Shown here piece after piece: positions 9,001-16,442 of a stretch of 32,000 nt of DNA. Below the pieces are notes generated by a model. It did not search any database. It saw nothing but the letters and a program-made list of their open reading frames with translations, and was not told where the DNA came from. This DNA comes from Candidatus Thalassarchaeaceae archaeon. GTDB taxonomy: Archaea > Thermoplasmatota > Poseidoniia > Poseidoniales > Thalassarchaeaceae. Location: positions 1,080,001 to 1,112,000 of the forward strand of contig JBJLBP010000001.1 in the NCBI GenBank assembly GCA_045568075.1, given 5' to 3'. The stretch's first letter is position 1. Every line of letters starts with the position of its first letter. Both the position numbers and the translations under genes were made by a program.

Positions 9001-12000
9001 CAGTGCTAGTTGGTGCAGTCCGGGTGAGGTTGGAACGACAAAAACCTCTCTTGATTCACCGGTGAAAGTCCCCCAATCGTGACTGCCTGAGCCTCTATGA
9101 TTATTCGTCGAACGCTCCTCTATCCAAAACGTCGAATCGCCATAAGCTTGCGAGTCCTCCTCCGCATAACCGTGGGCTGTTTGAGAGAGCCAAAGCACGT
9201 CGACGTCTGTGTATGGATTATCATCCCAGTCGACGTCCAGTATTGCAGTCCCCCCGGTTGCCAGATCTTCGGGCCAATCAATGCTCATAATGCGCCAATC
9301 GCCAGATTCTGCGCGCCAACTCCATCTTTGGGCTCCTGAAATCCAAGATTCAGAGTAAAGTGTCTGATTGGAGACATTTCCATCTAAAGGCTTGGCTGTT
9401 ATATCGACGGGCGCTATATATGGCACATTAGTTACAATTGGTAGAGTCCACTCATGCAAGGGAGATGACCACATATTGTGTGCAAAGCTTCTGATTACCA
9501 AGCCATGTTGGTAAAGTCCGGGTTCAGCATCTAAAGGAACATCCACTGTGAAATTGTAAGTTGTGGTTGAATTTGGTGACACTGTCCAAAAGGGAGGGGC
9601 ACCTTCTCCTGTTGAACGAGGGCTAATCCAATCGTCAGTTACTGGGCCAAACGCCGTCCAATCCCACTCTATGCTGACATTATCCAAGCCCGAGGATGAT
9701 ACGTCTCTTCGTGATACACCCAAGAATAGACCATCTTCCATATCATCGAAGGGCAAACCCACTCGGAACTCTGCTTGAGGACCGTGGTGATACCATGTTC
9801 CATAAGCATCAAATTCGGATGATTCGGTCCAATCTTCCTCATCGACCATCGAATCATTATCTTCGTCTCCAACCCATATCCCATCGCCATCATCATCGCT
9901 CCAACGATAGAGTGTGAGTTCGATACGTTCGTTGGAGGAACGGTCTAAATTTCCATCAAATGCCGCATATTCGATTACTGCTCTAGCCCTTACAAGATTA
10001 GTTTGAAGCGGCAATTGATAGGTTGTGTTGTTAACATGAATTGGAATCAACAAGTCTGGCCTATCGCCTTGATATCCATCCCATGTATTGTTGTCTCCGC
10101 CTTCACTTCCATCTCCAATACTGTTCCACTGACCCACTTCGTGAGCCAGTGCTTCGTGTTTAACAGGGAAAATAACGAAATCAAGCGAACTGTTTCCGTG
10201 ATTTGTTAATTCGAGGGGGACGGTTTGAGATTCTCCTCTATGAATCACGTTGATGTTAGCATCTCGATGTTCTCCCTGGAAAGTGCCAGTCATCCATTGA
10301 CTAGGGGTAACTGACCAAGTCCCATTGTCGCCATCGATGGTTGCTGTCGCGCGGCTTGCATTGAACCAGCCTCCACCCTGAACGAATGGATCGTATCCTC
10401 TATCGTCAGCTGTTGCAAGCACGAAATCACGGAAGGGTTGGGACATTGGATAATCGCCATTGGTCTCGAACCAAGCCTGTTCCACTACAGCCAATAGACC
10501 GGCTGTGATTGGTGTTGCGAGGCTAGTGCCGCCCCATGTAGTCGTGGCCGAATTGCCGTTGTTTCGCAGATTCAAGGGAATATCACCAGTGGCACTCCAA
10601 CCAACTGCAACGATATCAGGGTCCATCCTTCCAACGATATTGGGACCTCGGTTATTCCACGGCGCGCTCTGACCCCACAATTGGTTGGTCCGGCTAGAGA
10701 ATGCGCCGACCGAGAAGATACCTTGGGAAGCCCCTGGAACCGCGACTGTGCCGTATCCATGCCCGCCGTTGCCGATTGCAACAGCGTAGTGAGTTTGATT
10801 GTTGTAAACTCGAGTAAGCCAATCGAGGTATAATGAGTAGGAATCGGCTCCTGAGTCATCTATCGAAGAGTATCCAAAGGAGAATGACCCGATATGTGGC
10901 TGGTCATCCCAAGTCTCTGGATTCCCATCGTTACCTTCGGCTATCCAGCGCCAGCCATCGAGTGAGTGCCCGCCAGAGTAATGATTGCCGATGCTCGCAA
11001 CCGTTGCATTGGGTGCCATTCCCAGCACAGCCCCATTATTCACCTGCGCCTGCGCCGCTACTGCACTGGCACAAAGCGTTCCGTGCGAGCCTGAATCAAG
11101 CATGAAAAGAGTCAGATTTCCCGCACCTGCGATGCGATTTGAATAGCCGTGGCGTGCAGCGTAAGTCTCGGCATAGGGCACTCCATTGATGCCGTCCGAA
11201 ACCCAATAGAGAAGGCCGGCTGAGACGTCGCGAATTCCGTCGCCATCTTCGTCGAGGCCTGCGGTCTCATTGCCCTTACTCATCCGCTCATCATCGCTGA
11301 AATTGCCGTTACGGTTGACGTCGGGAATTACCAAATCGTATTCACCGCTGCGTACCGAATCAATCACTAGCAGCGGAACATCCCCACCCATCTGATTGCG
11401 AAGGGTTGAGTCAGGGTGCTCACCGAGGTGATAGATTCCCGAAATAGACGCTGGAAGATCGGAAATATTGTATCCGGAGGTATCGAGAATTCCATTAGAA
11501 TCGTTGTCCCAATCAAGGGTTGAAGTGTCTGCATACCAAGTGTTTCTAGAGGGGTAAGATTCACCGTTAACAAGCCAGTAATACATCGAATTATGATCGA
11601 ACATCATCGGCCAACCATGGTGATGTTTTCCATCCAAAATCCGCGCTTGAGTGCCATCGAGGTCTGGGTGCGCGAAGTCAACTCCAGTATCCGCTACCGC
11701 CACAACGATTCCGTCTCCGGCATAACCTCGTTCCCAGGCGTCCACAGCTCCGTGAATTTCGCCTGAACGAACCGATGTCGGAGTTGCGTCAGGGCTGTCT
11801 AATGGAGTAATGTCGTATGGTTCGGGTGTACTTTGGGCATCGAGAATTCCGATGATACCCGGCACGCCCGGCAATTTATGGAAGAGGCTAGCATCCATCC
11901 AGAAGGTTCGGTGATCGATGACACCGTCCGAAGGATCGGTGGCGACTAGTTGTTCGCCGGCGCCGGCCAGCAATTGTTTCTCGACCTGTTCATGTTGGTA

Positions 12001-12267
12001 CTGCCAATGACCTAATTCACGCAATGAGTGTGTGATTACCGTGACTCTGACTTGCTCTTGCCCATACTCCACTCGTTGCCAAAGGCTGGGTTCAATCCAC
12101 GGGTTAGGATTGACTTTTAGGGAGGGGGAAATCGGCGATTCCGGACCTTCAGGAGTAGATTCTGGAATCGTTGGCATCGCCTCTTGATACTCAGCACCAG
12201 CGATGCCGAATGACATCGTAGATGTCAGCATCAGTATAACCATCGACAAAGCAAGATGCTGGCGCAT
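6037..12267 (-). CDS. Giant membrane-anchored subtilisin-like serine protease (peptidase S8, pyrolysin/TPPII-like insert)
   Basis: The catalytic triad motifs are VVAVADTGVD (Asp codon 11691-11689), SGSHGTLCAS (His codon 11085-11083) and GGTSLATPITAG (Ser codon 10524-10522). A ~200-aa insert separates Asp from His. An internal PPC-like segment reads ADLDLYLFRDSDEDGEF...GNYSVAVHGW. The C-terminal TM helix is ILYWGLGILISALAMLGLTM followed by an acidic tail. I chose the start at ATG 12267 (MRQHLALSMVILMLTSTMSFGIAGA, a signal peptide) because the track start at 12354 abuts the tRNA-Gln gene. Confidence 0.9.
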   Translation of the reverse strand: MRQHLALSMVILMLTSTMSFGIAGAEYQEAMPTIPESTPEGPESPISPSLKVNPNPWIEPSLWQRVEYGQEQVRVTVITHSLRELGHWQYQHEQVEKQLLAGAGEQLVATDPSDGVIDHRTFWMDASLFHKLPGVPGIIGILDAQSTPEPYDITPLDSPDATPTSVRSGEIHGAVDAWERGYAGDGIVVAVADTGVDFAHPDLDGTQARILDGKHHHGWPMMFDHNSMYYWLVNGESYPSRNTWYADTSTLDWDNDSNGILDTSGYNISDLPASISGIYHLGEHPDSTLRNQMGGDVPLLVIDSVRSGEYDLVIPDVNRNGNFSDDERMSKGNETAGLDEDGDGIRDVSAGLLYWVSDGINGVPYAETYAARHGYSNRIAGAGNLTLFMLDSGSHGTLCASAVAAQAQVNNGAVLGMAPNATVASIGNHYSGGHSLDGWRWIAEGNDGNPETWDDQPHIGSFSFGYSSIDDSGADSYSLYLDWLTRVYNNQTHYAVAIGNGGHGYGTVAVPGASQGIFSVGAFSSRTNQLWGQSAPWNNRGPNIVGRMDPDIVAVGWSATGDIPLNLRNNGNSATTTWGGTSLATPITAGLLAVVEQAWFETNGDYPMSQPFRDFVLATADDRGYDPFVQGGGWFNASRATATIDGDNGTWSVTPSQWMTGTFQGEHRDANINVIHRGESQTVPLELTNHGNSSLDFVIFPVKHEALAHEVGQWNSIGDGSEGGDNNTWDGYQGDRPDLLIPIHVNNTTYQLPLQTNLVRARAVIEYAAFDGNLDRSSNERIELTLYRWSDDDGDGIWVGDEDNDSMVDEEDWTESSEFDAYGTWYHHGPQAEFRVGLPFDDMEDGLFLGVSRRDVSSSGLDNVSIEWDWTAFGPVTDDWISPRSTGEGAPPFWTVSPNSTTTYNFTVDVPLDAEPGLYQHGLVIRSFAHNMWSSPLHEWTLPIVTNVPYIAPVDITAKPLDGNVSNQTLYSESWISGAQRWSWRAESGDWRIMSIDWPEDLATGGTAILDVDWDDNPYTDVDVLWLSQTAHGYAEEDSQAYGDSTFWIEERSTNNHRGSGSHDWGTFTGESREVFVVPTSPGLHQLALHTAHHGVTTNDNALNISVGYVAAEQSGFHKVVTDWSEGSGEETIHVVSTVPMPLESIRSFGWTQPIYFENETAYQDTSNDKMSASWWHNFSVADAAELSIRMDAFEEADLDLYLFRDSDEDGEFESNEEVTRSWSSTSAESIDILSPSDGNYSVAVHGWSVSDSVQFWLEVEVIAGTMLNVTNATMLNASEIAAQWPSGSTTLAGAVPEGALELVVDYEMPDSEGVWQGFVEVTLEGGIDMRMPFTYELIDLDPEIEFVTPDNLTETNLILPLALHAQDIGSGFALDEFSWSGLNNDTSVPNATSVEATLWNLSTLNITNLWNSGNHSSNLTFREVWVNSTLPAAEQWHEYQANIADLSGRSAADWLSVKFDTTAPTMILSHIPQITNESELLISVQTESDAVFRHSGDIVAINGTGFVEYIVYLEESEIEFIGADSIDEPSHIYYATGNNSFSLSVTDPSGNLHENSWQVVLDSTLPDIQKVNVISTQPEYEYLNQSWTEVPLNLTAFITEVILSPDVKSTCISIEGDQIETIEQCREYSVFPYVFNSEEIGQPSPVTHIEDPFWDLTEVPDDSYRIVLEVVDWAGNSHSEEYSLSLDRTLPDVEWDISPSADGLLSDHRLGLSWTASENVDLVFTHNGVQVEVWDATYGGLFFELNQTGDHEFCIDAWDVTRGQHNENRFHECQTLTLEPSLYVSQVWAIWDGTVVGTESVQLVFSRGPNQWANVTHVPEGAEASDLGDIEPTYSFEPGASFVEVELALDEGDNEFYLVIEALDHVQSYWLYVESDTISPRLNLTQVANRTTNLEPVRVISGVCETRASVTIWTEVSSTSFVCGDSGNFTVQLGVPANASWHVVSATTIDLGGNTNETSIEVLYQDWFDWAIDDAEAGGPILYWGLGILISALAMLGLTMRMVNRRSARRLESEESIEEVSDWLDEMLEESDPEISEMPAEPLPEEDELRAWARGERDVSDWRDRVPEDEPIDLD

Positions 12268-12354
12268 GGCTCCTGTGGTACATTCAACTCTATTGTAGGC
12301 TACGGCTTCTCGGCCCGTCAAGTCCAAAGCGGGTATGTGAGACCGCACGGTCAT

Positions 12355-12430
12355 AGTCCCGTAGTGTAGTGGTCCATCATCTCGGGTTTTGGTCCCGAGG
12401 ACCCTGGTTCAAATCCGGGCGGGACTACCA
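12355..12430 (+). tRNA. tRNA-Gln (anticodon UUG), CCA encoded
   Basis: I folded the cloverleaf by hand. The acceptor stem AGTCCCG/CGGGACT is perfect. The anticodon stem is CTCGGG/CCCGAG with loop TTTTGGT, giving anticodon TTG. The T arm is CCTGG-TTCAAAT-CCGGG, the discriminator is A, and CCA follows. An ACTTTTG T-run lies just downstream. Confidence 0.85.
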
Positions 12431-12449
12431 ACTTTTGAATCGGAGTTGC

Positions 12450-13715
12450 TCATTCTTCAATTGCTTCTGGTGAGCGAGCAAGATCCCTAGTGATGTTCTT
12501 CTGGTGACTCTCAAGAGTCCCCCCTCCAATCTCGAGTAGTTTCGCATCGCGCCAAAGACGCTCGACTGTGTATTCGCCGACATAGCCATACCCACCCATC
12601 ACCTGAATGGCCCGGTCAGCGATATTCTTTGCTGCCGTCGTTCCGAACAATTTGACACCATCAGTATCCAAGCGGTTGCCCGATTTCGCAAGGTCAGTGT
12701 TTCGTGCAGTATCATAGACATAAGCTCGCATTGCACGATACTCAGCCCAAGATTCCCCTATGTGTCGCTGAATCTGACCAAAGTCACGAATCTCTTGTCC
12801 AAATGCCTCGCGTTCACTCGCATACTGGTTCATCGCTGCCAGTGAGCGCCTCGCAATTCCAAGCCCCATCGCTGCGAGTCCTATCCGCTCGAGTTCCAAA
12901 TTGCGCATCATGTGAATCATTGACTCGCCGGGCGCACCGACGACATTCTCAGCAGGAACCACGCAGTCGTCGAAAACCAATTCAGCAGTATTCGATGCCC
13001 TCATGCCGGTCTTATCGTATATTTTCTGGCCGACTGAAAAACCAGCCATGCCCTTTTCGACGAGGAAAGTCGTAACCTCTGCGCGGCCCTTCGCATCGGT
13101 GCCAGTTCGTGCATATAGCCAGCAGATATCAGCAGGAGTCCCATCCTCGTCGATGGAACCATTTGTAATCCACATTTTACGTCCGTTGATGACCCAATCG
13201 CCATCCGAATTCTGATCAGCAGTCGTTTGCATACCAAGCACATCAGTCCCATAGCCGGGCTCGCTCATTGCCATACAGCCGACCCATTCACCACTGCAAA
13301 CCTTAGGCAGAATTCGGGATTTTTGTGCCGCGTTGCCGTTGTGAGCGAGATTGTTGACCATGAGTTGGGCATGGGCGAGGTAAGCAAGGCAGAAACCGGG
13401 GTCGGAGTAACTCAACTCCTCGTTGACAATAGCCACAGCCGTCGCGTCCATTCCAGAGCCTCCATACTCCTCCGAAACTGAAATGCCAAGCAATCCATAC
13501 TCCCCTAACTTGCGAAACAAGTCGAGGTTGAACTTCTCCTCGCGATCATACTCGAGAGCCTGTGGTTCGACCTCTTCTCGAACGAAATCGCGGATCATCT
13601 CGCGAAGCATTCGATGTTCTTCGGTTGGATTCGCGAGGTCAATCGATTCCCAATCCGCCATGCTTCGGCGAGCGGGGCTCGCCGTATGAGTGTTGGTGAG
13701 TGTTTGAACCGACAC
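12450..13715 (-). CDS. Acyl-CoA dehydrogenase (isovaleryl/short-chain-like)
   Basis: ACAD hallmarks are present: TEEHRMLREMIRDFVREEVEPQALEYDREEKF...LGEYGLLGISVSEEYGGSGMD, CMAMSEPGYGTDV, KMWITNG, and the C-terminal GGYGYVGEYTVERLWRDAKLLEIGGGTLE. The track start at 13715 is GTG. The ATG at 13661 (MADWESIDLANPTEEH) gives a more typical N-terminus. Confidence 0.9.
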   Translation of the reverse strand: MSVQTLTNTHTASPARRSMADWESIDLANPTEEHRMLREMIRDFVREEVEPQALEYDREEKFNLDLFRKLGEYGLLGISVSEEYGGSGMDATAVAIVNEELSYSDPGFCLAYLAHAQLMVNNLAHNGNAAQKSRILPKVCSGEWVGCMAMSEPGYGTDVLGMQTTADQNSDGDWVINGRKMWITNGSIDEDGTPADICWLYARTGTDAKGRAEVTTFLVEKGMAGFSVGQKIYDKTGMRASNTAELVFDDCVVPAENVVGAPGESMIHMMRNLELERIGLAAMGLGIARRSLAAMNQYASEREAFGQEIRDFGQIQRHIGESWAEYRAMRAYVYDTARNTDLAKSGNRLDTDGVKLFGTTAAKNIADRAIQVMGGYGYVGEYTVERLWRDAKLLEIGGGTLESHQKNITRDLARSPEAIEE

Positions 13716-13739
13716 CTATGGTGTCGATTGTAGAACCAA

Positions 13740-15068
13740 TCAGGGAGTCACTCTGCGTGAGTCTCGAGGGAAGGGAATGACCTCGCGAATATGGTCAGAT
13801 CCAGTTAACCAAGTGCAGACTCTATCGATACCCATTCCGAAGCCACCGTGTGGCACACCACCGTAACGACGAATGTCGACGTAGAATTCGTAGGCCTCGG
13901 GGTCATTGCCCTCTTCGCCAATTCTCTCAAGAATCTCGGACTCGGACCAAGTCCGCTCGCCACCTCCGATAATCTCGCCGTACCCCTCAGGAGCCAGCAA
14001 GTCGTGACATAGGACATACTTGGGGTCGTCCGGGTCAGGACGATGGTAGAACGGCTTGGCGACACGAGGGTAGTGTGTCAGGAAGTGTGGGACGTCGAAA
14101 TCGGCGGTGAGAACCTTCTCCTTAGAATAGTCCAAGTCCTGCCCCCACTCGATTTCAACTCCCATCCCTTGTAGAGTCTCAACAGCCTCGTCATACCTCA
14201 TTCTAGGATAAGGATTGTCAGCGTAATTGGCAATCAAATCAAGATCTCTTCCTATGCTGGATAACTCCGCTTCGTTCTCGTCTAATACGCTGCGAGCGAT
14301 GTGACGAACGACGCCTTCTCCATGCTCCATGATGTCGTCATTTGATGACCATGCCATCTCCATTTCAGCATGCCAAAATTCGGTAAGATGACGGCGAGTT
14401 CGGCTCTTCTCAGCGCGGAAAGATGGTGCAATTGTGTAGAGTCTCTCGAGTGCTGGCATCGCCGCCTCAGCATAGAGTTGCCACGACTGGGTGAGGTATG
14501 CCTTGCGTCCGAAATACGGGACTTCGAAAAGGGTGCTTCCTCCTTCGACCGCACCAGCCACAAAATTCGGCGCTTGATATTCAGTGAAGTCAAGGTCGCG
14601 GAAATAGGAATGGATTGCGCCGAAAACGGTAGAGCGTATTTTCAGCATCGTCGTCATTCTACCTGTTCTGAGGTAGAGGTGGCGATTGTCCAGAAGGAAC
14701 TCTGTCTCTCCTCCATCAGCCTGCTCCATCGCAGATTCGGTAATCGGGAATGGTCGGTCTGGATTGACTGGGCCGACGATTGTCAGGCTCGAAACCTGAA
14801 CTTCGTGCCCATGCTCGCGGTCTGTCGCTTGGACTATGCCGCGAACGATAACGCTAGACTCGATTAGAGCCTCCTTCATTGCCTCGAATTGCTCGTCGCC
14901 AACAGCATCTCGCTTGACGACGCATTGGAGAGTTCCAGTGGAGTCTCGTAAGACAACGAATCTGATTTTATTCGAGCCTCGGGACCGGTGAACCCATCCC
15001 TTCAGCTCCACTTCCGCGCCGTCGTGTTTACCGGCCCGAATATCACCTATCCAAGTGTCCTTGGTCAT
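13740..15068 (-). CDS. asnS: Asparaginyl-tRNA synthetase (class IIb)
   Basis: Motif 2 is FRAEKSRTRRHLTEFWHAEMEMAW and the C-terminus is GGFGMGIDRVCTWLTGSDHIREVIPFPR. From memory these match the AsnRS pattern (FRAE-S-T-RHL-EFW, IPFPR) better than archaeal AspRS. The start at ATG 15068 (MTKDTWIGDIRAG...VELKGWVHRSRG) aligns with bacterial and archaeal AsnRS N-termini. The track start at 15119 adds 17 aa. Confidence 0.85.
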   Translation of the reverse strand: MTKDTWIGDIRAGKHDGAEVELKGWVHRSRGSNKIRFVVLRDSTGTLQCVVKRDAVGDEQFEAMKEALIESSVIVRGIVQATDREHGHEVQVSSLTIVGPVNPDRPFPITESAMEQADGGETEFLLDNRHLYLRTGRMTTMLKIRSTVFGAIHSYFRDLDFTEYQAPNFVAGAVEGGSTLFEVPYFGRKAYLTQSWQLYAEAAMPALERLYTIAPSFRAEKSRTRRHLTEFWHAEMEMAWSSNDDIMEHGEGVVRHIARSVLDENEAELSSIGRDLDLIANYADNPYPRMRYDEAVETLQGMGVEIEWGQDLDYSKEKVLTADFDVPHFLTHYPRVAKPFYHRPDPDDPKYVLCHDLLAPEGYGEIIGGGERTWSESEILERIGEEGNDPEAYEFYVDIRRYGGVPHGGFGMGIDRVCTWLTGSDHIREVIPFPRDSRRVTP

Positions 15069-15141
15069 ACTAACCCCGCCCCTTGGGCGGGGCTTCCACA
15101 TATCAACCGAAGCCTTCATCCAGATGCAGTAACGATTGATT

Positions 15142-15218
15142 TGGCGGGTCTGACGGGGTTCGAACCCGCGACCGCCCGGTTAAGAGCCGGGTGCTCTACC
15201 TGACTAAGCTACAGACCC
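15142..15218 (-). tRNA. tRNA-Lys (anticodon CUU), CCA encoded
   Basis: The reverse complement folds as GGGTCTG-TA-GCTT-AGTCAGGTA-GAGC-A-CCCGG-CTCTTAA-CCGGG-CGGTC-GCGGG-TTCGAAC-CCCGT-CAGACCC-G-CCA. The acceptor and anticodon stems are perfect, and the anticodon is CTT. Confidence 0.9.
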
Positions 15219-15268
15219 AGCCCGCCGACTTGGCCCCCCTCTTTAATCGGAACGGTCGAGCTGTATTC

Positions 15269-15976
15269 TTAGCCCAGTCGTCCGCTCTCGTTTAGCAGTG
15301 TTACAACGCCACCTGATGTGGCCATCACAACAGCATCACAGATGCCAACAAAAAGGCCTACTTCGACCACACCAGCGATGTCAAGAAGGTCGTTCTCAAG
15401 GGATCTTGGATCGTTGATTGACGCTCCGAATGAACAGTCGAGAATGTATCCACCATTGTCAGTTACAAAGGGCTCATCGCCACCCCGTCTCGATACATTT
15501 CCAGGACACATTTTTCCAACCCTCTGACTAGTACGTTCCCACTCAAAAGGTAGGACTTCGATTGGTAGGTCAAATGCACCGAGCAAGTCGACTTGTTTGC
15601 GATCGTCTGCGACCACAACCATGCCGTTCGCAGATTGGGCGACAATCTTCTCTCGTGTCAAAGCCCCGCCGCCGCCTTTGATCAATGCGAAAGCGGGGTC
15701 GAACTCGTCAGCGCCATCGATGACGAGGTCGAGAACTCCTGCCTCAGAAAGTGGCACCAAAGGGATGCCCAAAGATTCAGCCAATTGACGGGTCGCTTCA
15801 CTCGTTGGGACACCTACAACAGACAATCCCTCCTCGGCCATTCTACGGCCGATTTCAAGCACAGTATAGCGAACGGTAGAACCTGTGCCGAGACCCAACT
15901 TCATGCCGTCGTGAACGAAATCGCAAGCGGCTATTCCAGCCTCGCGCTTCAGCGCCTCGACGTCGCTCACGCCCAT
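15269..15976 (-). CDS. rpiA: Ribose-5-phosphate isomerase A
   Basis: RpiA signatures are LGLGTGSTVRY, VGVPTSEAT, VIDGADEFDPAFALIKGGGGALTREKIV, PIEVLPFEW and FVTDNGGYILDC. The start at ATG 15976 (MGVSDVEALKREAGIAACDFV) gives a canonical 235-aa protein. The track ORF (to 16270) runs into the RNase P RNA gene and is over-extended. Confidence 0.88.
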   Translation of the reverse strand: MGVSDVEALKREAGIAACDFVHDGMKLGLGTGSTVRYTVLEIGRRMAEEGLSVVGVPTSEATRQLAESLGIPLVPLSEAGVLDLVIDGADEFDPAFALIKGGGGALTREKIVAQSANGMVVVADDRKQVDLLGAFDLPIEVLPFEWERTSQRVGKMCPGNVSRRGGDEPFVTDNGGYILDCSFGASINDPRSLENDLLDIAGVVEVGLFVGICDAVVMATSGGVVTLLNESGRLG

Positions 15977-16087
15977 TGCCAGCCGAGCAACGGCCATGAT
16001 GCTTACCCCGAACAATCTGTCTCCCAGCCCCTCCAGCCCGCCGAATAGCAGCACCGTTGGGTTCATCCGTCGAAGCCATGCGGAATG

Positions 16088-16390
16088 GGCGAGGGAGCAG
16101 GAGGGTCGCTGACAGTGTACGACACTGAGGAAAGTCCCCTCTCCAATATGCGAGCGGTCCGGTTCAAGCCGGAGGTCCGGGAGGGCCGGCTCTGCAATAG
16201 AAACGAACCGCGCCAGGCGTACGATGATCCCGTGAGGGTGAGGTTTCCTGAACGCGGCTGGAACGAGCAACCCCGCTGGAGCAAGTCCAAGCAGGTCCGT
16301 AGTGCATTAACAGGACCGGGTAGGATGCATAGTTGAATGCGACCAGCCGAAAGGTGAACAGAAAGGGGCTTACTCCCTGCACCCTCACTT
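16088..16390 (+). ncRNA. rnpB: RNase P RNA (archaeal type A)
   Basis: The CR-I motif GAGGAAAGTCC is at 16127-16137, and the CR-IV-like ACAGAAAGGGGCTTAC is at 16358-16373. The two pair as helix P4 (AAG[T]CCCC with GGGGCTT) including the conserved bulged U. The 5' GAGGG-A-GCAGG (16091-) pairs with the 3' CCTGC-A-CCCTC (-16386) as P1/P2. The ~300-nt length is typical. A hairpin (16396-16422) and a T5 run (16436-16440) follow. The ends are uncertain by about 5 nt. Confidence 0.8.
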
Positions 16391-16442
16391 TGGAGAAGCA
16401 GAGCGTAAGCTGTCTTCTGCTTACAAGAAACACGGTTTTTGG

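Noticed and set aside
12268-12354. The track gives the S8 protease a 29-codon N-terminal extension from the ATG at 12354.
   Set aside because: That ATG directly abuts the tRNA-Gln gene (12355), leaving no room for a promoter. The next Met (12267) starts a textbook signal peptide.
15977-16270. The track gives rpiA a 98-codon N-terminal extension.
   Set aside because: RpiA homologues start about 10-12 residues before the xxGLGTGST motif. The extension runs into the RNase P RNA locus and has a junk-like composition.
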